Origin: Sphyrna mokarran
Taxonomy: Eukaryota
NCBI GenBank assembly: GCA_024679065.1
Contig: JAGIQG010000013.1
Span: 19,096,001 to 19,160,000, forward strand
Length of the DNA stretch: 64,000 nt
Reading direction: 5' to 3'
This document shows positions 1 to 14,101 of this stretch, one piece after another. Under the pieces are notes generated by a model. The model ran no database searches. It was not told the origin of the DNA and saw only the letters and a list, made by a program, of their open reading frames with translations. The first letter of the stretch is position 1, and the number at the start of each line of letters is the position of its first letter. The position numbers were made by a program, and so were the translations under genes.

Positions 1-2138
1 CATTCAATTAGGCACTGGCTGATTTATCAACCTGAATTTAAAATTTCAGTGACTTGGTAGCCATAGGCTTTTGAAAGGGAAGAAAGTAATAAATGTTTCC
101 ACAAACATTTATGTGAAGTGATGCTTTCATATTTCAGTCCCAAATTGTCTATTCTAAATTAAAGATTATGCTGTCATGTTGTGGATCTCTCCACCAGATG
201 AACTAGTTTCTCCAGCCATTCTATGTAATCCGTTAATCATTTAAAATACAACCCTCATTGCGTAGAACAGGTCAGTTTATCTGACTCTGAACTGACCATG
301 AATACAGCAGCTGGTGTTACCCGAAGTCCTGAAAGTGGCAGGCAGCATAGTGTGGGACTGCTATTTCTGGCATTATTTCTGATCAGGTTTGTTCCTTCCT
401 GTTGGTACGTTCCGAGAGATGTTTTGTAAATGCTTTTTGTTTCTCTTTACGCGAGTTTCAGCAACAATTTTAGCCAGCTATTTGCCTCCTAATGTTGTAC
501 TCTTCTCATTGTAGCAATGTGTATTTTATGGTATATAATTAATACAATGATGTGATGTTTGTCCTTGTTGAAGGGTTACTCTGCACACATACAACTGTCA
601 GGCAAAATGGAGAATATCGGTTTTGAGGACAGTGGCCTTGAAATTGAGACAGTGTATGTGGTGGGCCTCAGAAAGGAGAGGGTTAGAGTTAGGCCTGGTG
701 TGGTAGGATCATCAGTTCTAGGCAGGGGGAGGGGGAGGTGGAGGTGAGGAGGAGGAGGAGGAAGGGGGTTGTGTATGTGGTGGGCCTTGGTGGTGGGGTG
801 GGGGGGGGGGGGAAGGTGTTGATTGATGTCTGGTATTCACAGGGTGGGGAGATGATGTTGACTGTGGCTGATTTACACCCAATTCAAAAGCATGATCCTG
901 CCTTTCCCTCCTATCCTTTGACCCACTTCACCTCAAGTGTTATATCTAACTGCTTCTTAAAAAATACAATGTTTTGGCCTCAACTACCTTCCATGGCAGT
1001 GAATTCCACAGGCTGACCACTCTCTGGGTGAAATTTCTACTCCTGTCTGTCCTAAGCAGCTTACTCTATATCTTTAGACTGTGACCTTGGCTCTGGACAT
1101 CACACTATAGGGTACATCTTTCTTGCATCTAGTCTATGTAGTCCTGTTGGAATTTTATAGCTTTCTATGAGAATCCCTGTATTTATTCACAAGAACCTAA
1201 TATGTTGGGAGTTTTGTTGTTTTATTACATATACAGTTTAGTTTATGATGCAACAATATAAAATTTATTAGATTTTCTTTTAAACTTTGGCTCAAACTAT
1301 GACAGCTAAGAGATATGAAATAGTGAGAGGAAACATCTTTCCTTTTTAGTGTAATAAACTTTAAATAAGTTTGCTTTATTTTTCCTGTAATATTTTTCTC
1401 TTCAAAGAGTCAGAATAAATGGCTATTTTTTTGGAGTGGAAGGTGGTGATTAGTAGGGTATCACAGGGATCAATGCTTAGGCCTTAACTATTCACAATAT
1501 ATATCAACAGTTTAGTCGAGGAAATCATAGTAATAGTTTCAAGTTGATGACAAAAAATTAGGGGGTGTTTTGAGTCATGCGGAGGAAGAAGCTTCAAGGT
1601 GATTTACGCTTTGAGTGAATTTTAGGGCAAATACGTGGCAACTGGTTTATAATGTAGATAAGTATGAAGTTATCCATTTCTGTCAGAAAAATGGAAAGTA
1701 GAATATTATTTAAATTGTGATTGGGAAATGTTGATGCACAGATGCAGCTGGTTGCTCTTGTACACCGATCATTAAAAGCAAGTATGAAGAAGTATTGGTT
1801 TTGCTTGCAATCTTACCTCAGCTGTACAGGTCTTTGAGAGCACACCTGGAGTGGTGTTTGCAGTTTAGTGGCCTTGCCCAAGAAAGGATGCATTTGCCAA
1901 GAGAAAGCATGTGGGGTAGTTTCACCAGACTGATTCATATAGAGATGGCTGTCCTTCATTATACCTTTTGCATGCCTTCCCTCTGATACAATAGCATGTG
2001 AACTGAGCAAGGCCTTAAACATCCTTATTTCATTTGATTTCCATATTTTACAATATCACAGATTGATATTTTGGAACACGTTTTGATATTAACAACCTTT
2101 AGCATGAACGTAATTGAAATTTAACTCTTTTTGTTTAG

Positions 2139-2249
2139 TCGAAAGAAAACCGTTTGCAGGACCTTTTGGAAGCAAAGGCACTGGCCCTGGCACAGGCTGA
2201 TCGTTTGATTGCCCAATACCGTTGTCAGAGAGCCCATGCAGAGGCAGAG
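2139..2249 (+). CDS. CIP2A: CIP2A (KIAA1524) internal coding exon; upstream exons lie outside the window
   Basis: ttgtttag acceptor and GTATTT donor; 111 nt, phase 0-0; [37 protein letters not shown] closely matches my recollection of human CIP2A ([31 protein letters not shown]). Confidence 0.93.
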
Positions 2250-4144
2250 GTATTTTTAATGTATCGCGAGATAGATGATTAATTTTGAAAGATACTGGCT
2301 GGAATTCTCTGGCTGTTCACACCAATGAGATTCTCTGGTTCCACCATGTGGCCTCATTGGGAATTCCCACTGACAGTAGCTAGACCAGAAGATCCGCTGA
2401 GAGCAAACAGGGCACGGCTGAAAAAGCAGGAGCCAGAGAATCTCACCACTGTCTCTCTTGAATCCAATCTTTTCAGTTCAATTAATCTTTTGATTGGCTA
2501 TATTATATAACTTAATTCAAATTAAAATTTTTTCAGTACAGAAATTGACCAAACGTTGTCTGGTATAGACTAACTCCCTAGGTTCTAAGTTCTGAGAATC
2601 TTCAAAATGTAGCAGAATAAGACACTGTTGGATTTATCACATCAATGTCAATTATAAGTAACATTAAAAAAATTATGAAAAATGAAGTGCCAGTGGAATG
2701 CAAATCTATTTTGCAGATGCTTCAGTTGTTTTAATCTATGGAAATGAAGGGCAGTAATTAATCATGGTTAATATTTTTGTAATTGAACAAAATTTTATGG
2801 GGTTTATAAATAACTTTGAAAATTGCACAGCTTCTGAGTTATCCATTTCATTTGGTTGGGAAGCACTTTAGAAACTACAGTAAATCCTTTTCATTTTGCT
2901 GATTTTGGAATTTGCATCAAGAGACAGATTTCAGGCATTAACTGTTATTTACTGTTCTTCCTTTTAATTAACCTTACCATTTTACTGGCATTTTAATTGA
3001 TCAATTGGCATAGAGTTTTGGGCTAAGCCAATTTCAATTCGAATCATTGATGATATTAGTTAGATTTCCTTCACTTTTATGTGAAGGAAAATGCTTCCCT
3101 GGCAGTGGGTAGAGCCACTGATCAGGGCAATCAATAGGTTAAACCGAGCATCACCTGATGCAATTGTTCAAAGACATTCTGGTGTTTTGGTTAAGATGAA
3201 GCATCAAATCAAGTTCAAGATGGGGTGCAATGCCTCATCTTATCAGCTTGGATTTTGTTTCTCTCTCTGGTAGGAACTATGAATTGGATTCTGTGTGAAT
3301 TGAGTTTTTTTTTTTGGATGGAACAATTTTTTTAAAGCATAGAATGCTATGTGGCAGCGTGCCCAGTGGGCAGTGCCAAGGTGCCATCAGGCATGGGCAC
3401 TTTGTCCCTTGGGCAGTGCTGGAGTACAGGCTAGCACTGCCAACTCCTGGGGGGCTCTGATTTTTCTTTCTTTCTTTCTTCATCCTATCCCCCCCCCTTT
3501 CCCTTCACTCCAGTGGGTTCTCCTGAAAGTGGGGAGCTACTCTGAATGCCGCCAGAATGGAATTGTACTGGCAGAGTGGGAGATGCTATCAGGCCTGGAG
3601 AATTCAGTCCTGGGCCTGATAATGACATATCAATTACATGACAAATGGATTAAAATCACTTAACCTGATCTTCCTGCTGGTTTCCTGCGTGGTCCTGACT
3701 GTGCCTCATTTCTGGCAGTAGGGGATGTGCATGCAATCAGGAACACGTGCGAATTGGCGCACACGCGCTCACTCGTCTGCCATTGCGCACACCAAAAAAT
3801 TAGCATGTTAGAATGGGAGAATCACCCCCATGATCTCTAAACATGGCACCACCTTTCACATATTGATGGTGAATTCTACTTGTTCAGTACCATCATAGAC
3901 ACCAAGCTTGTTGCAGCAGTATGATTGTTTGTCTGATATCACTTGTCACTCTGCATTTATGTATTAGTGATGTCTGATGATTTGTACAGATCAGGTGCTT
4001 ATTTCCTGGGTAATATTTAATGTCTTGAACATTGAATCTGCCTTAACATACAAATTTGAAAAAAAAGTGAAAACTCAATGTCTACTTTGCACATTCATTC
4101 TGAATTGTTCCGTTTTATAAATTTGGATATTTTTTGAGTTGTAG

Positions 4145-4341
4145 GCACGACAGTTAGCTTCACTTTTAATGGAAGCAGAGAGAAAAAATGAGGAACTTGA
4201 TGGAGCGCTAAAGACGCAACTGTTGGAATCTGACCGTGCTAAGGCTGATATCGAAGAGCTTTATCAGCACAATTGTAAACTACAGTCCATTTCTGAAGAA
4301 CATGAGTCCTTAAAAGTTACTTCAAAGAGTCTTGCTCAAAA
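4145..4341 (+). CDS. CIP2A: CIP2A coiled-coil exon
   Basis: ttgtag acceptor, GTAAGT donor; 197 nt, phase 0-2; [18 protein letters not shown]...SKSLAQ, in frame with the previous exon. Confidence 0.92.
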
Positions 4342-4816
4342 GTAAGTTTGAGTGGTATCTGCTCCAATTTTGGTGCAATTTGCCATCCTGTCATTTCAAA
4401 AAATGAAATGCAGTGCAATCATGGTTCATTGTAAAGAAATGACCATTTGTATGGCATGAAGTGATAATCTTACCAATTTTGTACTACCATATGGAGGCCC
4501 AACACTTGCCTACAAGAATAGGGGATGATCTTCTAATAAACCACTGGCATCCTTCATTCAGCATCCTATTTCAAAATGATAATGGATACATGGGGAGAAC
4601 ATTAGGAAAAATAACTTGAGGCACTGAGGGCATTGTAGAAGACAAGAGAATGTAGCATCTTTGGACCTTGATGTAGCAATCTACAGGAGTATATTTATAT
4701 TTGCATAATCTTTTAAAAGGTTAAATGAATTGTATTTTTGACAGAGTAACTTTCTTGAAAATATAATTCATAAATCTAATTTCAGATTTGTACATTTACA
4801 CAAACTTTCTTTTTAG

Positions 4817-4930
4817 CCTTGGAACAGTTGAAAGGCAACTTAAAGAACTACAGATTGAACACAATTCTTTAAGTGAACAAAGTGAATTGTTCAAAAAGCA
4901 AATTGAATCCCTTAAACAACAGAATGACAA
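4817..4930 (+). CDS. CIP2A: CIP2A coiled-coil exon
   Basis: ctttttag acceptor, GTAAGT donor; 114 nt, phase 2-2; LGTVERQLKELQIEHNSLSEQSELFKKQIESLKQQND. Confidence 0.88.
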
Positions 4931-5070
4931 GTAAGTCCATTTTCCAACTTGTGAATGGATGTAGTATTTATAGTTCCTAAGTCTATTAGAATGACTTGAA
5001 GTCGTGGTTGTCAAGTGGAAATTGTTTCAAGGAATGAGTAAAATATTTTGTTTTTCTTTTTGAATCTTAG

Positions 5071-5153
5071 ATGCCTTGCTCAGTTAGCAGAGATGGAAGC
5101 ACAGAAAAATGATCTATGCATTCAGTTACAGGAAAAGGACAGTAAATTAATGG
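5071..5153 (+). CDS. CIP2A: CIP2A coiled-coil exon
   Basis: pyrimidine tract plus ttag acceptor, GTATGT donor; 83 nt, phase 2-1; CLAQLAEMEAQKNDLCIQLQEKDSKLM. Confidence 0.88.
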
Positions 5154-7343
5154 GTATGTCTTTGGTTTTTCACTCATCTAAATCCATTTGTTTGCTTCAA
5201 AATGTATTTATTATTTGAACAGGAAAGTGAAATGTGCCATGGAGTGATGTGATGTATTATTACATTTGTATGATCTTATGTGTTCGAAATGGTTCAAGTC
5301 ATCAGAAAAATCTGTCATTGGAAATTTGTGTGTGATCCTATTGGGAACTTAAAAGAAGATGGAGCAATAGGAAAACTTTATAATAAATCTTTCCCTATCT
5401 TGAGAGCACCTAATTTATGTTAGGATTGTGCTTTTTATCTTGCTTCAAAACTTTAGGTAGATGGCTCAACAGGAAACATTTCTCACAGCTGTGCCAAAAG
5501 TAGATGCAGGACAATCTATCCAAAGTCAGAGGTCCCTTGCACTGTTGTACGTTTGTTCTTTGCTCATGTCGAGTGTTATCACAACTTTAGAACTTCATTG
5601 CATTTCGTGCACTTCTGTAATTGGAGGTATACGTCAGAAAAATAATTCAATGCACCATTTGAATTAAAATTATGGTTACTGTATGAATTGTAGTCACTTA
5701 CAGATATCAGGCACGCAGTTTGTATATGAATCACAGTGCACATGCTCCTACATCATCTAACATCTTAATAGTATGTTCTTTTTATTAAAATGCTTTTGAG
5801 GACCTGAATGCAGGAAGATTCTTTTTAGGTTCTATCTTTGCAACTGTTCTCCCATCTTTGAGATTCATGAGCTCTTGCCAGTCTACCAATGAAGCAGATG
5901 TGTAAGTTTGATCAGCTATACGTATACTGAAGTTGCGTAATTTAATGCTAGCTAAGTTATTTTGGTTACACAAGCTGCTTTCAGATGTAAAATTGCGTAA
6001 TAGATTGGACTAGGGCTTGATTAATATTGGGGACTGAATTAGGGAGTAGTTTAACAAGAAGACACAGCTCCAAAAAAAGAGAGATAACAGCATTTCTGAT
6101 GTGAATTTTGCAGTTTAAATGGAAAATTGCAATTTGTTAGACAGCAGAAATAGTTTTAAGTGATCAATGTTTATATTTTTGGATATTAGAAAAAATATAG
6201 ATTTCAGTGAGTTTAATGTTTGTGTAAGAAAGGGTTGAAACTGTAGTTAGATTCAGGTTAAACGAAGGTATTTGCATGTATGAGGGTTTGGTTTCATTTC
6301 AAACAATCTACATTTTGCTTAGAGAAATTATAATATAAAAAGCGAGCAAAGGTAGAAAATGACTGAACAGGGACCATTTTTAAGTTAGAAAGACCTTTTG
6401 TGTTCAGTTTTAACTGAACCCAAGGTAATTGGGGTTTAGCAGCTAGAGAGGGATTCTCACAGCTGTGCCAGACAATTGAGAATATGGGCAAGAAAGCAAG
6501 TCCCAAAAATTAAAGAACAGATTTCCTGGTTTCTAGAACACTGAAATGAGAGGAACCAGGCAGATGGACAGCAAAGGAGCAAAAGGAATTGGAATTTGAA
6601 CAAATACGTTTGTTGGAATTCAAGTAATTCAATGAAAGGCAAAGAAAATATTCTGAGTTAAAGACAGCTGCAAGAATTAAATTCAAGTGAGGAACCAGAC
6701 ATCAAAGGCAAATCAAAAGTTTGGTGACAGCCTATGAAGCAGTAGTGTTCAATTGGTGGCTGGATACCTGAGAGATTGTGTAGAAGCTTGAATGTTCAAG
6801 TCAGAAGAATACTGAAAAGAGATTAGGAAATCTTGGAAGTGGGCCCTTGCTGAAAACAGCTGAAGAAAGCATTGTTTAAAAAAAGGTTCTCCGTTATGTC
6901 TTTTAGAGAGTGGAGTTTGGGAAACACTTGTGTGAAAGCCAGAATCTAGTGAGGCCAATTGGCTCATGGTATAGTAATCATCTGAGGGGATTTGAGGAAG
7001 AATCCTTAGAAGTTCTATTGTGTAGCATCAGTAACTTGGTTTCAGAGTACAGTGTGTCTAACCACATTTGGCTTATTTCTTTACTTTATAGGGGCTGTGT
7101 ACTTACTGAGATTATATAGCTTAAGATATGTTTTGTAACTTGTATTATCCATAAAACCTGAATACATTCCTAAAGATAAGGAAAGGAGTCAAACAAAGTA
7201 CTTGTCAAACTTTTCATGTTCAGATTTTTTTTGTTAAAAGCTAATTGGCAATCCTGATATGTGATTGCAATAGTGCTGATAAATCTGCAGGCTGCATGTT
7301 AGTCTTAAACCCCATTAACTTTTTTTTTGTAATAATTTGACAG

Positions 7344-7483
7344 GTTTGGAACAAAATCTCCAAGCACAGCAAGAAAAAATAAAAACAGCAAAAAAGGAGA
7401 AAGAGGATATGGAAGAAGCTATTGACGTTCTCCGAAAGGAGCTTAGCAAGACAGAGTTAGCCAGGAAAGAGCTCAGTATTAAG
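7344..7483 (+). CDS. CIP2A: CIP2A penultimate coding exon
   Basis: gacag acceptor, GTAAAT donor; 140 nt, phase 1-0; [46 protein letters not shown]. Confidence 0.92.
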
Positions 7484-8967
7484 GTAAATTGTGTATTTAG
7501 AATTGTTAATCTTTCTGCCTTTCAGAAGATTGTTGAAGCACACGTGAGGATTACAATATTCAGTTTGAGTTGTGGTCTCCTGTCCTCTGTGTTTTACTAG
7601 AAATAGCTAAATTTTCAGGAACGAAAGTAAACTTCTCATTACAAGATTGCAGGTACAATTGCATTAGAAACCAGTGTCTCTGATTGTAATCTGAGACTAT
7701 CCAGATGTTCTGAATATTTTATAGCACAAATTTAATTGGGAATCTAAAATGGCTAATTAGGACAAAATAAATAAAAGCAAATTACTGCAGATGCTGGAAT
7801 CTGAAACCGAAAGAGAAAATGCTGGAAAATCTCAGGTCTGGCAGCATCTGTAAGGAGAGAAAAGAGCTAATGTTTCGAATTCATATGAGCCTTTGTCAAA
7901 TCTGGCACAAGGTGACAGTTTTGACAAAGGTCTTCTGGCTGTCAGATGTGCTGAGATTTTTCAGCATTTTCTCTGATTGCTAATTAGAATGGTGGGTTCC
8001 GAAGTTGTCTTTTATTTCTAGATTCATATATACCTAAAGGGAACAGAAAGTTTCCTAACTTGTTTTGAACTCAGCACAGGATAATTAGTTTGTTTTCAAA
8101 GGCTTTCCTTTGGAGCACGTAAGTTTACATAAATTGGCAGTCATGCTTAACAATTTCCCTCCTTACTTCCTCTGTTACCCAAAAAAATTGCCCTTCAATG
8201 GAGGCAGACTGAGGGCCCGGGAACGACAGAATGCCCTTGGCCTGTGTAACTGTGTACCAATCTGAGAAATAATAACAATTAATAATTCGAGAAATTCTTT
8301 CTTGCATACTTTAGAATGTGCTGTTCTGAGATTGATATTAATTCAAAGTATAAGAAACAACAGCTATTTATGTTAACTGTCCAAGGTGCCAGATAAAATT
8401 TATTCCATCTTTTTCTTTACGAGTACACAAGTGGATTAAAATAAATAAACCTAACCAACAATGAGTGGTAGGTGTTGTTAAAATCATCCTGAGAAATAAC
8501 TGCACAGTGTTGACACATTGATAATTTTTTACTGAATGAGAATTTCTAGTAATTATTTTCTCCACAATATTCTGTCTCTTTTTGAGTAGCAAAAATGAAC
8601 TAATCACTCTCAAAATTTACTTGTGTATTAATTAGCTTGATTGAAATGATAACTTTTCTTCATTACTCTTACACTTCTTTGCATTTTGCATATCATGCTA
8701 GAATTCTCCATTGCATGTACATTATCCAATTTCTTGTGGAACTTGTGTGCATTTCAATATGTTTCAATTTGTTGTTGTGTTCTGGAACTCAATACTAGTT
8801 TGGACTGTAATTTGAATAAATATGATGGCCTTGAGGTTCTGTGAGGTTGTATTTTTTTCCTCAGTGCAATTGCACAAAATTGATCAAACCGGTGCAAATA
8901 AAATAACATTTCAAATGCATTTTCAGTGTGGATTGCGATTCCAAGATCTTTTGTTTGCAATACTGTC

Positions 8968-9285
8968 CATAGAATCCTACAGTGCAGCAGGAGGCCATTC
9001 AGCCCATTGAGTCTGCACCAAATGCAATCCCACCCAGGCCTTATCTCCACAATCGCATGCATTTACCCTAGCTAGTCCTCCTTACACGAAGGAACAATTT
9101 AGCATGGCCAATCCACTTAACCTGCATATCTTTGGACTGTAGGAGGAAACCCAAACGCCCAGAGGAGATCCACGTGGACATGGGGAGAATGTGCAAACTT
9201 AGCATAGACAGTGACTCAAACTGGGAATTGAACTTTGGTCCTTGGCAGTGTGAGGCAGCAGTGCTAAACTGCTATGCCACAGTAC
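8968..9285 (-). mobile_element. tRNA-derived V-SINE (HE1-like) with CR1-type tail; others at about 19995-20778 (split), 23240-27175 (split), 28635-28945, 48795-49135, 62505-62795
   Basis: A/B-box head, central V domain (gggtttcctcc..cctcccacagtccaaagat), tail gggctgaatggcctcct..ggattctatg. Confidence 0.85.
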
Positions 9286-10240
9286 TGCACTAAAAGTACC
9301 CTGACCTGGATGCAAGCAGATAAAATTGATTGTCATTGTCCATTTCAGCTAATTATTCAAATTGGCTCTAAAAATTGATGTTCCATTTTTAGGACCAAAG
9401 CGACTAATAATTTTCAAATAGTAAAAAAGAAACAATCCATTATCTACCAATGAAACAAATGAATGCAGTTCAGTAGATTCCTCTCAGCTGTTGGACTAGG
9501 CATTGTTTAAAAATTATTTTTGTGGGTAACCCATTTTCAGTTGCATTTGCAAACTTGCATCAGGTTACCACTTAAAATATTCCTTAATATATTGAATATA
9601 AACAAACCTTCTGACATTCCATCTGGTTGTGACAGTTCATGACAGATCTTGTATTTGATGACAAATTAATTTGAACTGAAAATTGTGTAAAAGAAAACTG
9701 CTTCAGAAAACTAATGCAGTTTGTACTTGATGTTGCTTGTGCCTAATGGGGAAACAAGTATACAAATTAGAAGCAGGTGTAGACTACAGAACCCTCAACC
9801 CTGTTCCAGACAATATAATGTTTCCCTTGATATTAATAATATTCTTATGTTGGTCCTCACCAATGCAAGATAAAAAGCTTTCACAAAATGTTTTCTTTCA
9901 ACAGTACTCCAGTTTTGTATTACCAGTGACTTGCTGTCTCCTTTTATATTCAAGTCCCTCACAATAAATAGTAACATTCTGTTAACTTTCCTCATGACTT
10001 GCTGTACCTGCACACTAACCTTCTGGAATTCATGCACTAACATACCCAGATTTTTCTGCATTTCAGAGCTCTGTGCTACCATTTTTTGGTATTATGTATT
10101 ATTTTTGTTTATTTCTTGAATAAGAAAATTATTTACATTCAGGAACAGATATTTAGAAATTAGTTTTGTTTTATATTAATAAATTTATTGTTCTACACTC
10201 TTGCCTAATATAGGTGTTCATTTTGTGTCTCATTTTGCAG

Positions 10241-10411
10241 TTGTCATCTCTAGAAGTACAAAAATCTCAGGTAGAAACACGATTGCAACAAAAAGAAGCC
10301 CTTGTCCAAGCCCAACAGGATGAACTCAACAAGCACTCTCAGATGATAGCTATGATTCACAGTCTGAGTAGTAGCAAACTACAGTCGAATACAGTAAATC
10401 TCAGTCTGTAG
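10241..10411 (+). CDS. CIP2A: CIP2A terminal coding exon
   Basis: ttttgcag acceptor, phase 0; LSSLEVQK...[29 protein letters not shown]-stop matches the recalled human C-terminus ([29 protein letters not shown]). Confidence 0.95.
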   Translation: MSSLEVQKSQVETRLQQKEALVQAQQDELNKHSQMIAMIHSLSSSKLQSNTVNLSL

Positions 10412-10505
10412 CCTTGTGATTTTATAGTTGAGAGAAATGGGGATTGACTCCAATATTTGTTTGCAGACCTTGCATCTGATGCATTATATATCTGCCTATA
10501 CTTTT

Positions 10506-10511
10506 AATAAA
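10506..10511 (+). terminator. Candidate CIP2A polyadenylation signal AATAAA (alternative at 11295-11300)
   Basis: AATAAA about 95 nt after the stop, followed by T-rich sequence. Confidence 0.45.
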
Positions 10512-12619
10512 AAATTTGTTACCATTAAATTTTTTTTACATTCTCATTTGAAAGTGAACGTTTGATATTGCTACGATCTAAATTGAACTGTTTTGAGCAC
10601 ATTGACTGGCAAGAACTTAGTAGTATTTGTACTTTTTAAATTTAGTGTAGTAGTTCAGAACTATTTCTGACTCGTGCATCTCAACATCTGGTGTATTGCA
10701 TCCTTTAGCCATAAACTGAGTAACCACATAGATAGTTCAGGTCAAGACGTGTACTCTTTTTGGTTAATACATTATCTTTTGCGTCAATATAAGTTTGACA
10801 TTGGAAGATAGCTGTCTCATACTTGAGCAACTTATGCTCTAGTGAGAAGAATGCAAAACTAGAACTTTCAAATTATGTTAATAGTAAATGCAATTCAGTC
10901 ATCTCATTGCTGTCCTGGATTCTGAAATGCATCAGCTATAAAGCAGCAGTTCATTTTATCTTGATGATAAAAAAACTGTGCATAAACTAATGAATAGCAC
11001 AATGTAAATGTATGGAAATGTTATATTTTTCAATGTTTTTGTGAATGTCCCTGACCAAATTGCGAAAACACTTCTAAATTTAAAAAGAAATCGATTTGCA
11101 GATTTTGGATTCAAAATAATTTACTAAAAGAAAAATCACTGCACATTCCAGGCACTTTTTTGCTTCCTGTTCACTTTTGTAATGAGTTTTGATGATTTAA
11201 TTATGCTGTCAATTCTATATATAGTCTAATTTCCAGTTGGTTATATATAGCCACGCAATTCTATTACGTTTTAATTTTTCTTTTCCTTATACAAAATAAA
11301 CTTTCAAATTAAAATATGTTTAAAATGCAGACTGGTTTATGCCACATTTGTATATGCTCAAACTTTGTTTTCTTAGAAGGTTAGTGTTTATACTTCAAAG
11401 GAAAATTTTCTTAATCTTGGTAAAGTTGCACATATATTGTTGAAGTCCTTCTCATCTTTCATGTCAATCCATTCTTTGGCTGTGCATTTCTTCACATTCT
11501 ATCTGGTCTTATATCACTTCCACTTTCTCACCCCTGTACAATTTTATATCTTTCCCTGAAACTCATTTCATTGACCATGCCTTGCACCAGATCAAATACT
11601 CTGGTGAAACCTTGTAGACAGAGTTCACAAGTGAACAACAATAAGTAGTGGTGACACAGGTAGCAGTGGGAATTTCACGTGAGAGTACAGCCTCTCTAAG
11701 CTTGCTCAGCAAGCCATAATTGCTATATCCCATAGATGTTTATTAAAAAAAAGTTATTGAGAGTATGAACAGCAAATAATGGCAGGGTTAATGTTTCAGA
11801 CACATTAAGATGTGCTCTTCTCTGAATAGAGTGACCAGCACCATGGAATTTATGTATTTAATTTCTAAAAAAACATGCACACCTTAAATATAATTGTGCA
11901 GACTCTGGGTATCAATATGTCTGACAACACAAATAAGATGACAACTTTTGTCTTGTTTCTTGCAGCATCCAAAAGTGCTCTCCAATATTGATAGGATTAC
12001 TGCAAGAGGACAATGGCAAATGCATACACTGATGTCAGAACTTCACTTGATGCTACCACTTCACCAGTAGCTAACATGCCTTCCCTTTTGTTAGTTTCGT
12101 TTGCTCTGTACAAGTTTGGGTGGGGCCCTCACTGGCTGTAAATCTGGAGAATGTTAACTAAGAATGATTTGTGCCGGTTACATTGTGGAGTGTTCCATTG
12201 AATACTTGTGACGGGGGTCTATTAGTACAATCCAAGTGGAAGTTGTATTAATAAGGGCATTGTAGGCAGTGACGTGAGCAGCTGGTGAGGCATCTCCTCA
12301 ACATCTTACCCGTGCCTCTTCAAAATTGGCAACAGAGGATCTGAGCTCACCAAGATTCTCCTTGAGATTCAAAGCTTGCTTCTGCACAACATTGTGCAGA
12401 GTCCTGTAAGCCATGACTGTTCTTGAGATCCTGGATGGTGCATGTCAAAGCGCTTCTCCAAAATCTGTCTAAACACATGAAGTGCACCTTCAATTTGCTA
12501 GTGACATGTTTGATTACTGATCTGTTGATCAGTCATATGTACTGTGGCACTGTTGTGCTTCAATGGTTGAGTTTCTGCTAAATATTGTCAGCCAACGTTT
12601 AAATGGTTTTGCCTCATTT

Positions 12620-13235
12620 TGATGTGATTTTTATTGTCATACGTATTAGCATACGTGAAAAGTATGGTTTCTTGCTCACTATATGGACAAAGCATACTAT
12701 ACGAGAGAAGGAAAGAAGAGCGTGTAGCATGTAGTATTATAGTCATAGCTAGGGTGTAAATAAAGCTCAACTTGATGCAAGGTAGGTCCATTCAAAAATC
12801 TGATGGCAGCAGGAAGAAGATGCTTTTGAATGGTTGGTATGTGTCCTCAGACTTTTGTATCTTTTTCCTGACAGAAGAGCTGGAAGAGTATGTCTGATTG
12901 AGATTCTTAATTATGCTGGCTGCTTTGCCAAGGCAGCGGGAAGTGTAGGCAGTGTTAGTGGATGAGAGGCTGATATGAGTGATGGACTGGACTTTGTTCA
13001 TGACCTTCTTGTAGTTTCTTGCAGTTTTGGACACAGCAGGAGTCATGTCAAGCTGAGATACAACAGGAAAGAATGCTTTCTATGGTGAATGTATAGAAGT
13101 TGGTGAAAGTTATAGGGGACATGTCAAATTTCCTTAGTCTCCTGAGAAAGTAAAGGTATTGGTGGGCTTTCTTAACTAGACTGCTGCATGAAGGGGAGAG
13201 GACAAGTTGTTGGTGACCTGCACATCTAAAAACTT
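12620..13235 (-). mobile_element. Rex1/Babar LINE 3' fragment
   Basis: same family as 20983-22220 (YTSRCLGKAASIIK). Confidence 0.78.
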
Positions 13236-13861
13236 CTAGAAGTCACTATTTTAGTATGCTCAAGTCTGAAGTCAGGGGACCAGGCCTGGAAGAAAAACTA
13301 TTTTGGTAACTCCTCAGAAACCTTGTGCACAACGGCACATTTATTCTTTTGTGGTTTACATACCAGTTGCACATTATAGCATCTGCCAGCTAATGAATAC
13401 TTCTGATCTGGGATGTTTTGATTTGCTGTATGCATTTGATGCATTGACTGCCGTCGGAGGTTGTTGAGGCAAATTTACTGGGGTCTTTTAAGAGACTTCT
13501 GGATGAGTATATGGAAACGAATAGGATAGGGGGTTATAGATAGGTCTGTGGATTGGTAGATGTGATCGGCGCAACTCGTGGGCCGAAGGGCCTGTTTGTG
13601 CTGTATTGTTCTATGTTTATTGTATGTGTGAATCTACACAGAGCTGCAAACCCAAGCACTTACTGTAGTTAGCATCACTGCAGGCAATGTTAATATAATT
13701 GATGTCCCTGGAAGCCAGTAATTACCTATTGTGTGTTTGTGGGCTGCAAATTTGAACAGCATGAATGTGTTAGAATGATCTGAGACAAAAATGCTAAGTG
13801 TGTACGTGACTTTGCAGTGATGGGTAAATGTAAGGCAAACAATATCACTCAAAAACAGATT

Positions 13862-14101
13862 TTTTGATAAAAGCAAATTACTGTGGATGCAGGAACCAAA
13901 CAAGAACAGAAAATGCTGGAAAATCTCAGATGGTCTGACAGTATCTGTGGAGAGAGAACTTCCTCCATTTCAAGTCTGAATCATCCTGACTGGAAATGTT
14001 GCCTCTTATTCCTCTCCACAGATGCTGTCAGACCAGCTGAGATTTTCCAGCATTTTCTGTTCTTTGGTTCTAGCATCCAAGGTAATTTGCTTTTATCAAA
14101 A
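13862..14101. repeat. Fold-back element with about 90-bp inverted arms; related pieces at about 7770-7975, 19355-19512, 51700-51780, 54320-54420
   Basis: ttttgataaaagcaaattac..ctgtggagag ... ctctccacag..gtaatttgcttttatcaaaa. Confidence 0.85.

Noticed and set aside
6220-7320. Possible decayed LTR in a CIP2A intron (also about 33760-34430)
   Set aside because: Could not define termini or a TSD by eye
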